A DNA stretch of 63,346 bases, filler included, from Octopus bimaculoides (GCF_001194135.2; 6 parts of 6 records of this genome joined end to end with filler, not necessarily neighbours in it); one strand, 5' to 3'; counted from the whole stretch's first letter, positions 14,135 through 26,572 are shown. Numbers and translations are program-made. The notes: generated by a model from the letters alone, not told the origin.

Positions 14135-14574
14135 NNNNNNNNNNNNNNNNNNNNNNNNNNNNNNNNNNNNNNNNNNNNNNNNNNNNNNNNNNNNNNNNNN
14201 NNNNNNNNNNNNNNNNNNNNNNNNNNNNNNNNNNNNNNNNNNNNNNNNNNNNNNNNNNNNNNNNNNNNNNNNNNNNNNNNNNNNNNNNNNNNNNNNNNNN
14301 NNNNNNNNNNNNNNNNNNNNNNNNNNNNNNNNNNNNNNNNNNNNNNNNNNNNNNNNNNNNNNNNNNNNNNNNNNNNNNNNNNNNNNNNNNNNNNNNNNNN
14401 NNNNNNNNNNNNNNNNNNNNNNNNNNNNNNNNNNNNNNNNNNNNNNNNNNNNNNNNNNNNNNNNNNNNNNNNNNNNNNNNNNNNNNNNNNNNNNNNNNNN
14501 NNNNNNNNNNNNNNNNNNNNNNNNNNNNNNNNNNNNNNNNNNNNNNNNNNNNNNNNNNNNNNNNNNNNNNNNNN

Positions 14575-14653
<79 letters not shown>

Positions 14654-14817
14654 ATTGCTAGTGAGTACACAGTATATTGTTTTGCAACTGAAATATACTA
14701 CCAAGTATATTAAAGGTTTACAAGTCAATATCGTGTCTCTCTTTTGTGTTAGCAGTGTAATACTCTCATTTTAAGTTTATCTTGAATTTTCTATGGGATT
14801 CAGAGCCAGCACTGCAA

Positions 14818-14858
14818 GTTACGACGTTTCGCATACGATTATGCCAATGTCTTCCTGG
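14818..14858 (-). ncRNA. Hammerhead-like remnant (3' half intact)
   Basis: Minus strand: ccaggaagacattg-GCATA(atcg)TATGC-GAAAC-GTC; perfect 5-bp stem II and GAAACGUC, but no clean CUGANGA. Confidence 0.3.
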
Positions 14859-16406
14859 GATTAAAATAGCAATATCGTCGTCTCTTAGAGAACACCCACG
14901 TTAAAGTTCATATACTGCTTCTATCTCGAACAGAGATTTTCTAAAGGGCTAGTTTTCTAGTTGCAAAATCAGTGATTGTATGACACTATATCTTCTATAT
15001 ATTACAAATGAGGTTAAACTACTACAATTCCTGGCAGTCGAGTACCTACCACCGAAGAGATTCATCCAATAAGATGGAAATCACGCGGTCTGATGATTTC
15101 GAAGCTTGTGTAGCAGAAGTTATCTTCTGCTTGCAATAAATATCGAGTGCGGAAAGCGCATTGAAAAAAAACAGCTGGAGGAGATGTCCACGTTATCTTC
15201 CCTGCAGATATGAATACCTCAATCAAATTTAATGAGAAAAGTAATAATCATGGACAGCTGCGTCGAAACTATAGCGACTCTGCTCTGATTTTAAAATCAT
15301 ATTTATATCAATAATCTTTTTTGTGCACGTTGTAATGTAAGTAAATATCTAAGTTAGACTTTTCAACCGAAGGTAGAAACCCGCTAGTACACACTTTATA
15401 GATGCAATTTGTGAGCAGCACAATCAAAATATGCAACACTTTCCAAAGTTCAATATGTAACAACAATTATTGCTGTTGTTATCCAAATTCCAGCGATAGA
15501 GCTTATTTTTTTCTTTCAGTTTTTCTTTTTTTTTTCTTGTCTTAGTAACCGGCTCCCTCCTAGGAAGAATTCATAGAAATAAATGTGACAAAAGAATATA
15601 TACGTAAACACATACATACATACATACATACATACATACATACATACACATATATCTATATCTTTCTATCCACATACACACACACATATATATATACACA
15701 TATACAATATATATACCTGTAATGTACATTATGAATTTACACACACACATGTATACACATATACAATATATATACATGTAATGCATATTATGTATACACA
15801 CACACACACCGACACGGACACACAAGCAGAGATAGAGACAGACAGATAGACAAACAGAGAGAAAAGAATTGTCAGAGCAAGAGACATGAATTCATCTATG
15901 TGTAAATATGAATTAGAGAGGAAGCGAGGACGGAAGGAAGGAAAGTAGGAAGGCAAATGTAACATTAATCTTTCGGCATTTCGAATTTACAACATGAAAT
16001 AAAAACTGACAAAAAAAATGTCTTTGGTATAATTGAGCAATGAAGAATCAAAATATTTTGAAAACGTGTGAAATATGTGGAACATGAACTGACAGAAGAG
16101 CAACTGAGCATGAGCAAATAAATGATGTGTATGTTTTATATCTATGTTTATCTATTGATCACTACACACACACGCGCGCGCACACGCACAAGCTAACACA
16201 CATATTTGTGTGTATGTATATATGCATATAAAAATATGTATACACACACATATATATACATATATACACATATATATGTATATGTATGTATGAATATATA
16301 TAGAGAGAGTGATAGAGGGAGAGAGTAAGAGAGAGAGAGAAGGAGATATATAGATAGAAAGATAGATAGATATAGATATGTATGTATGTATAAACATATA
16401 TATATA

Positions 16407-16452
<46 letters not shown>

Positions 16453-17068
16453 NNNNNNNNNNNNNNNNNNNNNNNNNNNNNNNNNNNNNNNNNNNNNNNN
16501 NNNNNNNNNNNNNNNNNNNNNNNNNNNNNNNNNNNNNNNNNNNNNNNNNNNNNNNNNNNNNNNNNNNNNNNNNNNNNNNNNNNNNNNNNNNNNNNNNNNN
16601 NNNNNNNNNNNNNNNNNNNNNNNNNNNNNNNNNNNNNNNNNNNNNNNNNNNNNNNNNNNNNNNNNNNNNNNNNNNNNNNNNNNNNNNNNNNNNNNNNNNN
16701 NNNNNNNNNNNNNNNNNNNNNNNNNNNNNNNNNNNNATACAAGCACACGCACATATTTATATAAACATACAAACACACAGACAAATATACACACAACACA
16801 TGCACATACACTTATTCACACATTTCCATGGGGAGGTGTTATAGATATTTAATAAAGCTGATAATTTCCGGATTACAATTTATTCCCAGCATCACCACCA
16901 TCTGAAGATTTCACAGATAAAACTATAATAAGTCATAAACTGAAATGTTTTTCGAGTTCATTAAACATCTATATTACTCTACTTATAGAATGGATTTCTT
17001 TGTACTCCCTATTGTTTGTCTAAAAATCCTGCCAATCCATTGTTTGTGCTTGAGTACAGTGAATTGGC

Positions 17069-17360
17069 GGAGGCGCAATGGCCCAGTGGTTAGGGCAGCG
17101 GACTCGCGCTCATAGGATCGCGGTTTCGATTCCCAGACCGGGCGTTGTGAGTGTTTATTGAGCGAAAATACCTAAAGCTCCACGAGGCTCCGGCAAGGGA
17201 TGGTGGCGAACCCTGCTGTACTCTTCCACCACAACTTTCTCTCACTCTTACTTCCTGTTTCTGTTGTGCCTGTAATTCAGGCACGTTAATTTCACGAGCA
17301 GGCTGTTCCGTTGATCGGATCAACTGGAACCCTCGTCGTCGTAAGCGACGGAGTGCCAAC
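17069..17360 (+). mobile_element. tRNA-derived SINE, family B head with a different tail; young nested insertion
   Basis: Perfect 13-bp TSD ACAGTGAATTGGC at 17056-17068 and 17361-17373; head and body match 12265-12460. Confidence 0.92.
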
Positions 17361-17373
17361 ACAGTGAATTGGC

Positions 17374-17730
17374 AGAATTTTTAGAGTGTCGGATAAAACC
17401 CCATGCAGTGTTTCTGGTGATGCTCTATGTTCTAAGTTCATATCACACAGAAATTCTGCTTTGCCTTTCATCCTATTGGAGTCGGTAAAATAAAGTACCA
17501 GTAAAATATTAGAATAGATTGGCATCGAGTAATTGCTCCTCCTCAAAACTGTTGGCCCTGCATTTAACAGCATTTCTCCCAGCTTTACATTTTGAGTTCA
17601 AATTAAATCGAGGCTGACTTTGCCTTTTCTCCTTTCAAGGTGGATAAAATACGTGACAATCAAGTGCTTGGATCAATGTAACTGACTTGTCATCTCCCCT
17701 CAAAATTGCTGCACTTGTGCCAAAATTAGG
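17374..17730 (+). mobile_element. Two tandem diverged copies of SINE family C, the first interrupted by SINE B
   Basis: Motif gttcaaatt..gaggtcgactttgcctttcatcct..gataaaat..gtaccagt present twice; same family as 53415-54110. Confidence 0.75.
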
Positions 17731-17945
17731 ACCGTCGTTCCTTGTCCCGACCCTACCATCACCAAACTGGAGCGCATCCTCTTCCGCTTCTTGTGGAAAG
17801 GAAGCGTTCCGATGGTTAGGCGATCCGTTTGCTGCCAACACCCGTTAAAAGGAGGACTGGGCATGCCGTGGTTGATGATGCGCAGACACGCGCTGAGACT
17901 GCGACATCTCCGGCTCTACGTAGACAGCGGTGAACAGGTGTGGTC
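17731..17945 (+). mobile_element. Tx1/L1-clade LINE ORF2 fragment (post-RT), cut by scaffold end
   Basis: Stop-free, CpG-rich: TVVPCPDPTITKLERILFRFLWKGSVPMVRRSVCCQHPLKGGLGMPWLMMRRHALRLRHL; F-L-W..GGLG pattern of L1/Tx1. Confidence 0.8.
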
Positions 17946-18045
17946 NNNNNNNNNNNNNNNNNNNNNNNNNNNNNNNNNNNNNNNNNNNNTTAATTAATTA
18001 ANNNNNNNNNNNNNNNNNNNNNNNNNNNNNNNNNNNNNNNNNNNN
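17946..18045. other. Artificial scaffold linker (44 N + TTAATTAATTAA + 44 N)
   Basis: Exactly 100 bp; the 12-mer gives stops in all six frames; the identical structure occurs five times in the window. Confidence 0.97.
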
Positions 18046-18078
<33 letters not shown>

Positions 18079-18084
18079 TTAGAT

Positions 18085-18530
18085 GAAATAGTTTACTCAC
18101 ATATTTCAACTGCTAATGACAATTACACTACAGTTATCGTGGAGAAAAATCTCTTTTATAGTAAAGAGGTGTGAAAACACTCGGTTCGTTCCGTGTCGCC
18201 AACTCTCGGGAATCTCAGACGTTGATGTTTCGATTTGTTTACTCACGTCAATGAGATGTACCTAAGAGAAGCAACTCTGAACGTACTGAATAAAGCTATA
18301 TTTTTATACAGAATTCAGGCAACACGTTGATTTACGCTAGTAGCTCGCCCGATCAAATTAACTAACGGAGCATAGGCGCAAAGCAGTGTTTAGGTATGAG
18401 AAGTATTTAGGTTAGTTTAAATATGTTTTGTCTCATATTTCAACTGCTAAAGGCAAATATACTGCAGTTACCATCGTGAAAAGACCTCTCTTATGGTACA
18501 ACTGTGAAAACACCCTGTTCGTTCAAGCGT
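18085..18530. repeat. Diverged direct repeat, about 100-bp unit with about 345-bp spacing
   Basis: 'catatttcaactgctaa..cagtta..tgtgaaaacac..gttcgttc' at about 18098-18192 and 18433-18527. Confidence 0.7.
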
Positions 18531-18559
18531 TAAACCATACTTTGAAAATATCAACCATT

Positions 18560-19610
18560 CTCTATTTATGGTCCCCTCTAATTACTATTTTATTCTGGTG
18601 GATCCTCATAGCCATTCAATGTTTAATAACGAGTTTTGTAGATACTTATTTTAAAATTCTCATTTTGCTTTTTACACGTTAACTTCTGGAGGGGGAACTA
18701 TTTAAAATATTAAAGAAAGAATCCTAGATGTTTGTTGTAATCCATACAAATATATGCATCTAAAGCAAAATGTCTCCACAGGCCCTTAGAATACTATTAT
18801 GGATCCCCTATTTGCTATTTTGGGATCTATTTTAAAACGGGGGCCACAGTTTTCATTAATGTTTTACGTAGCGTTTTTGGTACCGAAAGACTTTCAAACT
18901 TTGTATACTTATCTATTTTGTGTTATAGAACAGAAAAATATTTTTGTATTCGAATTTATTTCATGTAAAAAATTGTCTTATTTCGATAATTTCAACCAAT
19001 CACTGACAAGTATTCAGTTGTTTACATTTACTCCTTTGGCTGATTAAGCGGTGTAAAGCGTATTTAATCTCCATAACTTCTGACATTTGCAGAGAGGCAA
19101 CACGTGTGTCCGTTTTCCTTCGTTAAATTTGCTTTTTTTCATTTTAAATTTGCTTTAACCCTAACCCTAACGCTAACCCTAACTCTAGGGTTAGGGTTAG
19201 GGTTAGCCTATAATAGAAAGGTTTATTAGCTACTGCCAATATGCTTCAGCCATTTTTTGACAAGGAAATAATAATTTTATCACCGATAGAATTGTTTCAG
19301 AATCGTTTGTTTATGTAGTCGGCACTTAATGTATATCGGCTGAATGGACGTCAGTGATTGGTTGAAATTACAGAAATACGACAACTTTAACATGGAATAA
19401 CTTAGGGATTTCTTTTTTTTTTCTTAAGAAGACTAAGAGAAAAAGATGTTTTATATGACACATTCTACCAGTGTTCCAAGTTTCAAAGTGTTTCGTTAAG
19501 AAAATACTGTAGCCCCCGTTTTAAAATAGATCCCTATTTTGTAGCATAGACTCATAAAACTTTATATGGACTCTCAGGGGCCATATGGATTCCAGTTGAG
19601 AACAACTTAT
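18560..19610. mobile_element. Degraded hAT-like MITE hosting the Merlin-like insertion
   Basis: Left part 'caaccatt..tatggtcccct..ggtggatcctc'; right part 'tatggactctcaggggccatatggattccagttgagaac' resembles hAT MITE ends; sequence is continuous across the TSD. Confidence 0.45.
18823..19533. mobile_element. Merlin-like non-autonomous DNA transposon (711 bp)
   Basis: 28-bp TIRs GGATCTATTTTAAAACGGGGGCCACAGT / ACTGTAGCCCCCGTTTTAAAATAGATCC (1 mismatch); exact 8-bp TSD CTATTTTG (18815-18822, 19534-19541). GG termini with an 8-bp TSD fit Merlin; hAT is the alternative. Confidence 0.85.
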
Positions 19611-19784
19611 CTAAAACTGTCCCATTCATCTATTTATACAAATAAAGAATGGCCTTCCGTAAAACACATCCCTTTTTATATTGCAAAATCTTCTAGTAGA
19701 GACGCACACAAATTGTAATTCGGACATAACTTATGGGATGAACTGATAGATATATATATATCTTTTACTGTTTATATATATCAG

Positions 19785-20010
19785 TCGTTGGACCTCAGCC
19801 GTGCTGAGGCGCCGGGTTCATGAACTTTTAGTGGAATGACTCAAGCACTGGTACTTAAGTGATTTCTTTCGCCAAACCCTTTAAGCTGCAAGGACGTAAA
19901 CTCCAATACCATCTGTCAATCGGTCGTAGAAGAAATTCACAGACACAAAGACACACATACATATATATATATACGATGCATGATGGACTTCTTTCAATTT
20001 CCGTATACAA
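19785..20010 (-). mobile_element. Diverged SINE family A fragment
   Basis: Similarity to 7340-7580. Confidence 0.6.
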
Positions 20011-20037
20011 AATCCATATGCATACATGTATGTATGT

Positions 20038-20082
<45 letters not shown>

Positions 20083-20484
20083 NNNNNNNNNNNNNNNNNN
20101 NNNNNNNNNNNNNNNNNNNNNNNNNNNNNNNNNNNNNNNNNNNNNNNNNNNNNNNNNNNNNNNNNNNNNNNNNNNNNNNNNNNNNNNNNNNNNNNNNNNN
20201 NNNNNNNNNNNNNNNNNNNNNNNNNNNNNNNNNNNNNNNNNNNNNNNNNNNNNNNNNNNNNNNNNNNNNNNNNNNNNNNNNNNNNNNNNNNNNNNNNNNN
20301 NNNNNNNNNNNNNNNNNNNNNNNNNNNNNNNNNNNNNNNNNNNNNNNNNNNNNNNNNNNNNNNNNNNNNNNNNNNNNNNNNNNNNNNNNNNNNNNNNNNN
20401 NNNNNNNNNNNNNNNNNNNNNNNNNNNNNNNNNNNNNNNNNNNNNNNNNNNNNNNNNNNNNNNNNNNNNNNNNNNNNNNNNNNN

Positions 20485-20531
<47 letters not shown>

Positions 20532-21521
20532 TGTGTGTAAGGAAAATGGACAATCTAAACACAGAAAATCAATTTGTTTACATAATAGTAGTCAATTTCT
20601 TGTCGTCTATGCACGTTTCAATTTCTACCTTCATTCATATTTTACAAGGAAATTGCATTAGGAATTTGAAAAGTAAAACTTTTTTCAGGGAAAAATCTGA
20701 CATAAATTCATTCACATCTTAAAGGCTGCAGAGTTCCTTACAGATTGAAATAGCAGCTTGTGTATATATGTGTTCTAGCATGTGTGTCTTTGGTTTTCAT
20801 TCGAAAAATAGTTAGAATTTAAGCTATGACCGCAGTGGATAATGGCTTGTAGTAATCCGGTATATCTAAGTCCTATTACTAATCACACTTAATGGAATTT
20901 AGGTCTGCTTTTCATCAAAACAAATTAGAAATAATATAGTGAAATTATTTTATAAAGCTGTCCCTAAACATTTTTCAAAGGAAAAATAAATCGCAAAATA
21001 ATACATAAAGTAAGGGCAGTTTCCTGCGCTTCAAAAAAACATTCCACAAATTATATCTGCACATAATTCTAAAAACTTAAACGATTTCTAGCGTAATAAG
21101 AGTTTGGGAAATGGAAATGATTTATTTATTTCCAAAATGTCGAGGATCATAAACATGGTGTGATATACACAACAATAGAGTACTGCCCTGAAGAAATGTT
21201 TACCTTTGAAATTCATAATGCAATGTTAATCGTAATATATCAATAAAGTGAGAATTGAAACATGCATAGGCAACATGTAATTGAATATTATATAAATACA
21301 TTCTTCTGTGTTCACACTCTCCATTTTCTTTATATCATATTATGAAAATTCTGTTTGTGTATATCCGATAAATTAAAACTTCTATAACGCAACCGAAACT
21401 TCATAAATGTAATGCACTGATGTCGAATAAGAACCATCAAGAAAAATTAATACTAAAACAAATTTACATATTCCAGGAATATAAATCGATATGTAGCTAA
21501 ATCAGTGTACGCTTCGATAAA

Positions 21522-21573
21522 GTATATACCTGTTGAAGGAGCAACATATTGCCATTCGAAACCTCATATATAC
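21522..21573 (+). ncRNA. Hammerhead-like motif with CTGTTGAA variant core
   Basis: gtatatac-CTGTTGAA-gga-GCAA(cata)TTGC-cattc-GAAAC-CTC-atatatac; stem I is 7/8 paired but low complexity. Confidence 0.3.
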
Positions 21574-22536
21574 ATATATGATATATGTTAAGTAAAAACT
21601 AAATTTGTATTTTGAATATTCATTCACATCCTTATTTGGGATTCCTAATCGTACATACAAATAAAGCCTAACCAGTAATGTAATTCATTTGAGGAGTGTT
21701 AGATAGACACACACATAGGTCTTCATAGAGAGAATGTCAGTTTTCAATATTACATATATCAGCACCCACTTAATAGATATGTTTTAGTCTTCATTGAAAT
21801 AGGCATGACTGCAAGAACAAATACATTAATACTAAAATGATAATAAGAGAAAATCTATGTACTTCTAACGTCTTTTTTAGGTTTTATTTCAGCTATTGAC
21901 GATTACAACTATGACTATTACGATTTTTTATTTATGAATATATGAAACATTTTGTATGAAACAAAATGTATAGCAACGTCCTCTCTTACATAAATATGAA
22001 TGAATTTGTTGAACCGTGTTTGATAAGTTAAATCATATATTGATTATTTCTATACGAGTTTTCATACCTATACGAACTTATATAAGTAAATTGAAAAGTA
22101 AAATATGAAGAAACGACATCAGAAATCTTTGGAAATAATTCCAATTAAAGAACGAACTCACTTTAATCCGATAAAAATGCGCATAAATATGCACCTGTCT
22201 ATGTTTTGGAAGACAGTAGTCACACTCGACCTAAAGACTTAGGTAAAAAAAAAATGTCTAAAGTGTGCTGAATTTGAAAGATAAGTGGGTAAAGAAAAAA
22301 TGATTTTGCATTTCTAGATAAAAAGAACCATTTGCAGGCAAAATATTATATACTTAGTTAGGGTAAAACGTGCAAAACCTGAGGATTACAAAATATAGCG
22401 AAGTGGAATTGCGATATAAAAATAAAATTAATAGGAGCAAAGATTACGGGGTAAAAAGTAACGAAAAACATCTTATATCACTTATCAAAAGAAATATTAA
22501 AAGACTGTATGTAGAAATACATACACTTAATATACA

Positions 22537-22572
<36 letters not shown>

Positions 22573-24137
22573 TATATATATNNNNNNNNNNNNNNNNNNN
22601 NNNNNNNNNNNNNNNNNNNNNNNNNNNNNNNNNNNNNNNNNNNNNNNNNNNNNNNNNNNNNNNNNNNNNNNNNNNNNNNNNNNNNNNNNNNNNNNNNNNN
22701 NNNTATATATATGTTTGTGTGTGTGTGTATGCATGTATGTTTGTATGTATTGAGTGTATGTATATGAATTGATAGAAAAACAGCCATGATTACGTTTCCT
22801 GGCGGTTGTCTAGAAGGTAACGTAGATTCTGAGGGTTTAATGCCCGACATTAAAGTTAGGTGAAATATGTTTCAGGGATTATCAATATCTTACTTAGTAT
22901 TTTAAAAGAGAAATAGTATCATATTTCCTGCTTAAGAAGTTCTATGAGAAAATGCGAAATCAAGTGATATAAGATTTGTATCGCTGAGTTTACATGTAAT
23001 AATTAACCTAATTTTCTTAGCGTCAATGTTGTTGGACTTACGCGACTAATGTAATGGATGGGATAACGCTTCTTCGGAGCTGGAGTAAACAGGCATGAAA
23101 AGGAATAACATTGGCGGTGAGAGATTACTAGAAGGTCAAACTTCTGGGAGGAAAGATTAGCATAGGATTTAAAGTGAAGTCATGGGTACAGACTAATTAT
23201 GTGAGATGACTGGGGAGTATAAACGAAGGAATTACATTTTTCTTAGTAGATATGCCATATGGCCAACTACGTTTGAAGAGCAGATGCCCATCTAATAAGA
23301 AAGGGATGTATTGTTTTCTGTTAGTATATTATCAAGGAGAGAAAATCTTTCATATTACATTTTACATGGGAAAATTGACAAATATATCGAAAGAAAATGA
23401 AACAAATGTAAATATACCATAACAAATTACGAACTGTACAAAAATTGAGCGGATATGAGTATTTTCTTCTCATACAAAAAATAACGCATTTCAAGCAGTC
23501 TTATTGTCCATAAGAATGGTATTTCTTTATTGCAAAGAGGTTTGTTTAAACTGCTGTTATCTATTGGGGAAAAAAAACATCAAGATCTGATCTAATATAA
23601 AATGGCGACTATTGTTAAAATGGAAATTGGATGTGTCTTTCAGCCAATAAGTTCCGTTTCCGGTCCAGAAACACTGTCACTAACTTCTGTTTCCAATCCA
23701 GAAAAGTAATCAAGGAAATTGCAAAAGAAAATTAAGTAAAGATAGATAACAAAACTGTGTTTGTCAAAGAGATGAAGTTGAATAAAAGTTTAATGAATAA
23801 AAGGAAGAGATTCTCATAAGATAAAGAGCTTCTTCTTCCACTCTGGTGATCTTTCCTTCCTTCTCTTTCTCGCTCACTCAGTCTCCCTCCCNNNNNNNNN
23901 NNNNNNNNNNNNNNNNNNNNNNNNNNNNNNNNNNNNNNNNNNNNNNNNNNNNNNNNNNNNNNNNNNNNNNNNNNNNNNNNNNNNNNNNNNNNNNNNNNNN
24001 NNNNNNNNNNNNNNNNNNNNNNNNNNNNNNNNNNNNNNNNNNNNNNNNNNNNNNNNNNNNNNNNNNNNNNNNNNNNNNNNNNNNNNNNNNNNNNNNNNNN
24101 NNNNNNNNNNNNNNNNNNNNNNNNNNNNNNNNNNNNN

Positions 24138-24184
<47 letters not shown>

Positions 24185-24861
24185 ATGTATATATGCACAT
24201 ACGCACACACACACACATATGTTTATTCATACACACAAATGCATATAGATACACTACATACAAACATATGCAAGTTTATATACATATATACACCACTGTG
24301 CGCGCATGTGTGTGTGTGTATGTGTGTGTGTGTGTGTGTGAAAGTGGAAAGGAAAATGGAAAGAGATACATTAGTAGTAAAGGAAAGAATTTGAATGTTG
24401 AAAACTGATGTGGCCTGTAGACGGATACGAAGCATTCATGAAGGTTACGCGATATTGGGAAAGAAAGAAAGAAATAGTGAGAGAGTACGTATGAAACTAG
24501 AGAGAAATGGAAGGTGAGAGGCAGAAACTGTTGAAGCAGTGTAAGACTATAAAATTTCCATAAATAGCGAAACATAGGAAATTGACTGTCACTTTAATGG
24601 GGATACAACTGCTTTTAGGTGTACTAGTGTGTGTATGTGTGTGTGTGTCAATGTGTGCACACGTGTGTGTGTGTGTGTGTGCGTGTGTAAGCTTCCGTAC
24701 GTGTGTGTCTGTGTCTGTATGTTTGTATGTAAGCGTCTGTATATCCGTGACCGAGAAGTAAGAAAAAGAATTGCTTATGTCGAAACAAAATAATTTACGC
24801 TAAAACAAATACAGTTTATCTAATGTCAAAAGAAATAGAATAGGAAAATCAGAGTGTGTGC

Positions 24862-24903
<42 letters not shown>

Positions 24904-25916
24904 GTATTTGTGAGTGTTTGCATGTGAATGTGTCTGTGTGTGTTTNNNNNNNNNNNNNNNNNNNNNNNNNNNNNNNNNNNNNNNNNNNNNNNNNNNNNNN
25001 NNNNNNNNNNNNNNNNNNNNNNNNNNNNNNNNNNNNNNNNNNNNNNNNNNNNNNNNNNNNNNNNNNNNNNNNNNNNNNNNNNNNNNNNNNNNNNNNNNNN
25101 NNNNNNNNNNNNNNNNNNNNNNNNNNNNNNNNNNNNNNNNNNNNNNNNNNNNNNNNNNNNNNNNNNNNNNNNNNNNNNNNNNNNNNNNNNNNNNNNNNNN
25201 NNNNNNNNNNNNNNNNNNNNNNNNNNNNNNNNNNNNNNNNNNNNNNNNNNNNNNNNNNNNNNNNNNNNNNNNNNNNNNNNNNNNNNNNNNNNNNNNNNNN
25301 NNNNNNNNNNNNNNNNNNNNNNNNNNNNNNNNNNNNNNNNNNNNNNNNNNNNNNNNNNNNNNNNNNNNNNNNNTATATATATGAAGAATAATAATAAATG
25401 GAGCAAAACGCGTATGATAAATAAGTTCCTTTAATTCCTACATATGTTTCAAAATATATGTTCACCCTACTCGAAAGAAGTAAAAGGTGCTGGAATTGAA
25501 CATAAATTCATCGTACGCAACCTTAGCATTTAGCGCATGGCTTGCTTTTGTATGTTGGTTCCCTGACGATGAATTTATATGCAATTGCAGCACCTCTTAC
25601 TTCTTTGGAATAGAGTGCTCATATATTTTGAAAATAAATAAAATTTAAAACGCCGTCTAGATAACGCAAATCTGAACTGCTAGTTGCTGAGATACCAACT
25701 TTCTACGTAACGCTGCAACCCATGCTAGCATGGAACATAGACGTTAAGTGAAATGTGAAACGAAAGTTTTCAACACATATATGTATATAAAGTGAATACA
25801 CGTTTGTCTAACTTATTTCGTAACCAAAAAGTAGGTACAGATTATATACAATGAAAGGCTATGCGTAGAAACATCAAGTCCTGGAAGCTGAGACAACAAA
25901 TTTATATTCAGCTTGT

Positions 25917-26572
25917 CTACAGTATCATTCCTTGGTGCAAGAATTGTTCACTCACATAGCCACTTGTGAATTTATAGTTTGTGGCAATGTTTGGAAACAC
26001 CTTGCCCTTCAGGTCTGCAAGGGAGGTAGTCATATTGCTTATGGTATTCATGCAGACTATCTTCTGGATCTTGTGGAAGTTTTCCATTTCCAATGTCAAG
26101 TAAGTTGCTGGAGAACTGTGCCGCTAACAGGTCACCATGAATGTGGACTCTCATGCTGGTTGTGAAAGTAAGCTGCTTGACATGTTGCCAGGAATGAGGA
26201 CTTGATGCAAGCTCTCAGCTCATCTACTTTTGTTCCTCTGGGAATGACGCTCAGCATTTGCCTGAAGTCACCAGCCATGAGGAGGTGACACCACCCATAT
26301 TATTTCTGAAGTTGTGTAGTGTTGTATCAAGCGCTTCAAATGCTGCTTTACGGGAGATTGTTGCCTCAACCCAGACAATGAATTTGGCATCTGGAAGGAG
26401 CTTTACTAACACTGCATTCTTGGATATGTTGCATAAAGGAGATTCATTTTGGACGAGGTTCAGAGGCAACTTGAATGTTGAATGGGCTGTTCCTCAACCT
26501 GTCTGGAGTGTGGCTGCAATTCCAGAGGATGCAACAGGAAGAGCAATCTTCTTCTTCTGTCTTACCTTGGCA
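25917..26572 (-). pseudogene. Helitron RepHel PIF1-like helicase fragment (degenerate)
   Basis: AKVRQKKKIALPVASSGIAATLQTG*GTAHSTFKLPLNL..IVWVEAT..AFEALDTTL..GDFRQMLSVIPRGTKVDELRACIKSS..MRVHIHGD..KVFPNIATNY..KWLCE*TILAPRNDTV; SF1 helicase motifs with stops and frameshifts. Confidence 0.92.

Noticed and set aside
19156-19206. Telomere fusion site or true telomere
   Set aside because: Orientation is opposite to a fusion, the array is very short and it is inside a TIR element.
23020-23115. Plus-strand AG..GTGAGA exon candidate
   Set aside because: Stops in all three frames and no partner exons.
23602-23709. AAAATGGCG-initiated 35-codon ORF (MATIVKMEIG..)
   Set aside because: Short, weak donor and no supporting exon; compatible with chance.
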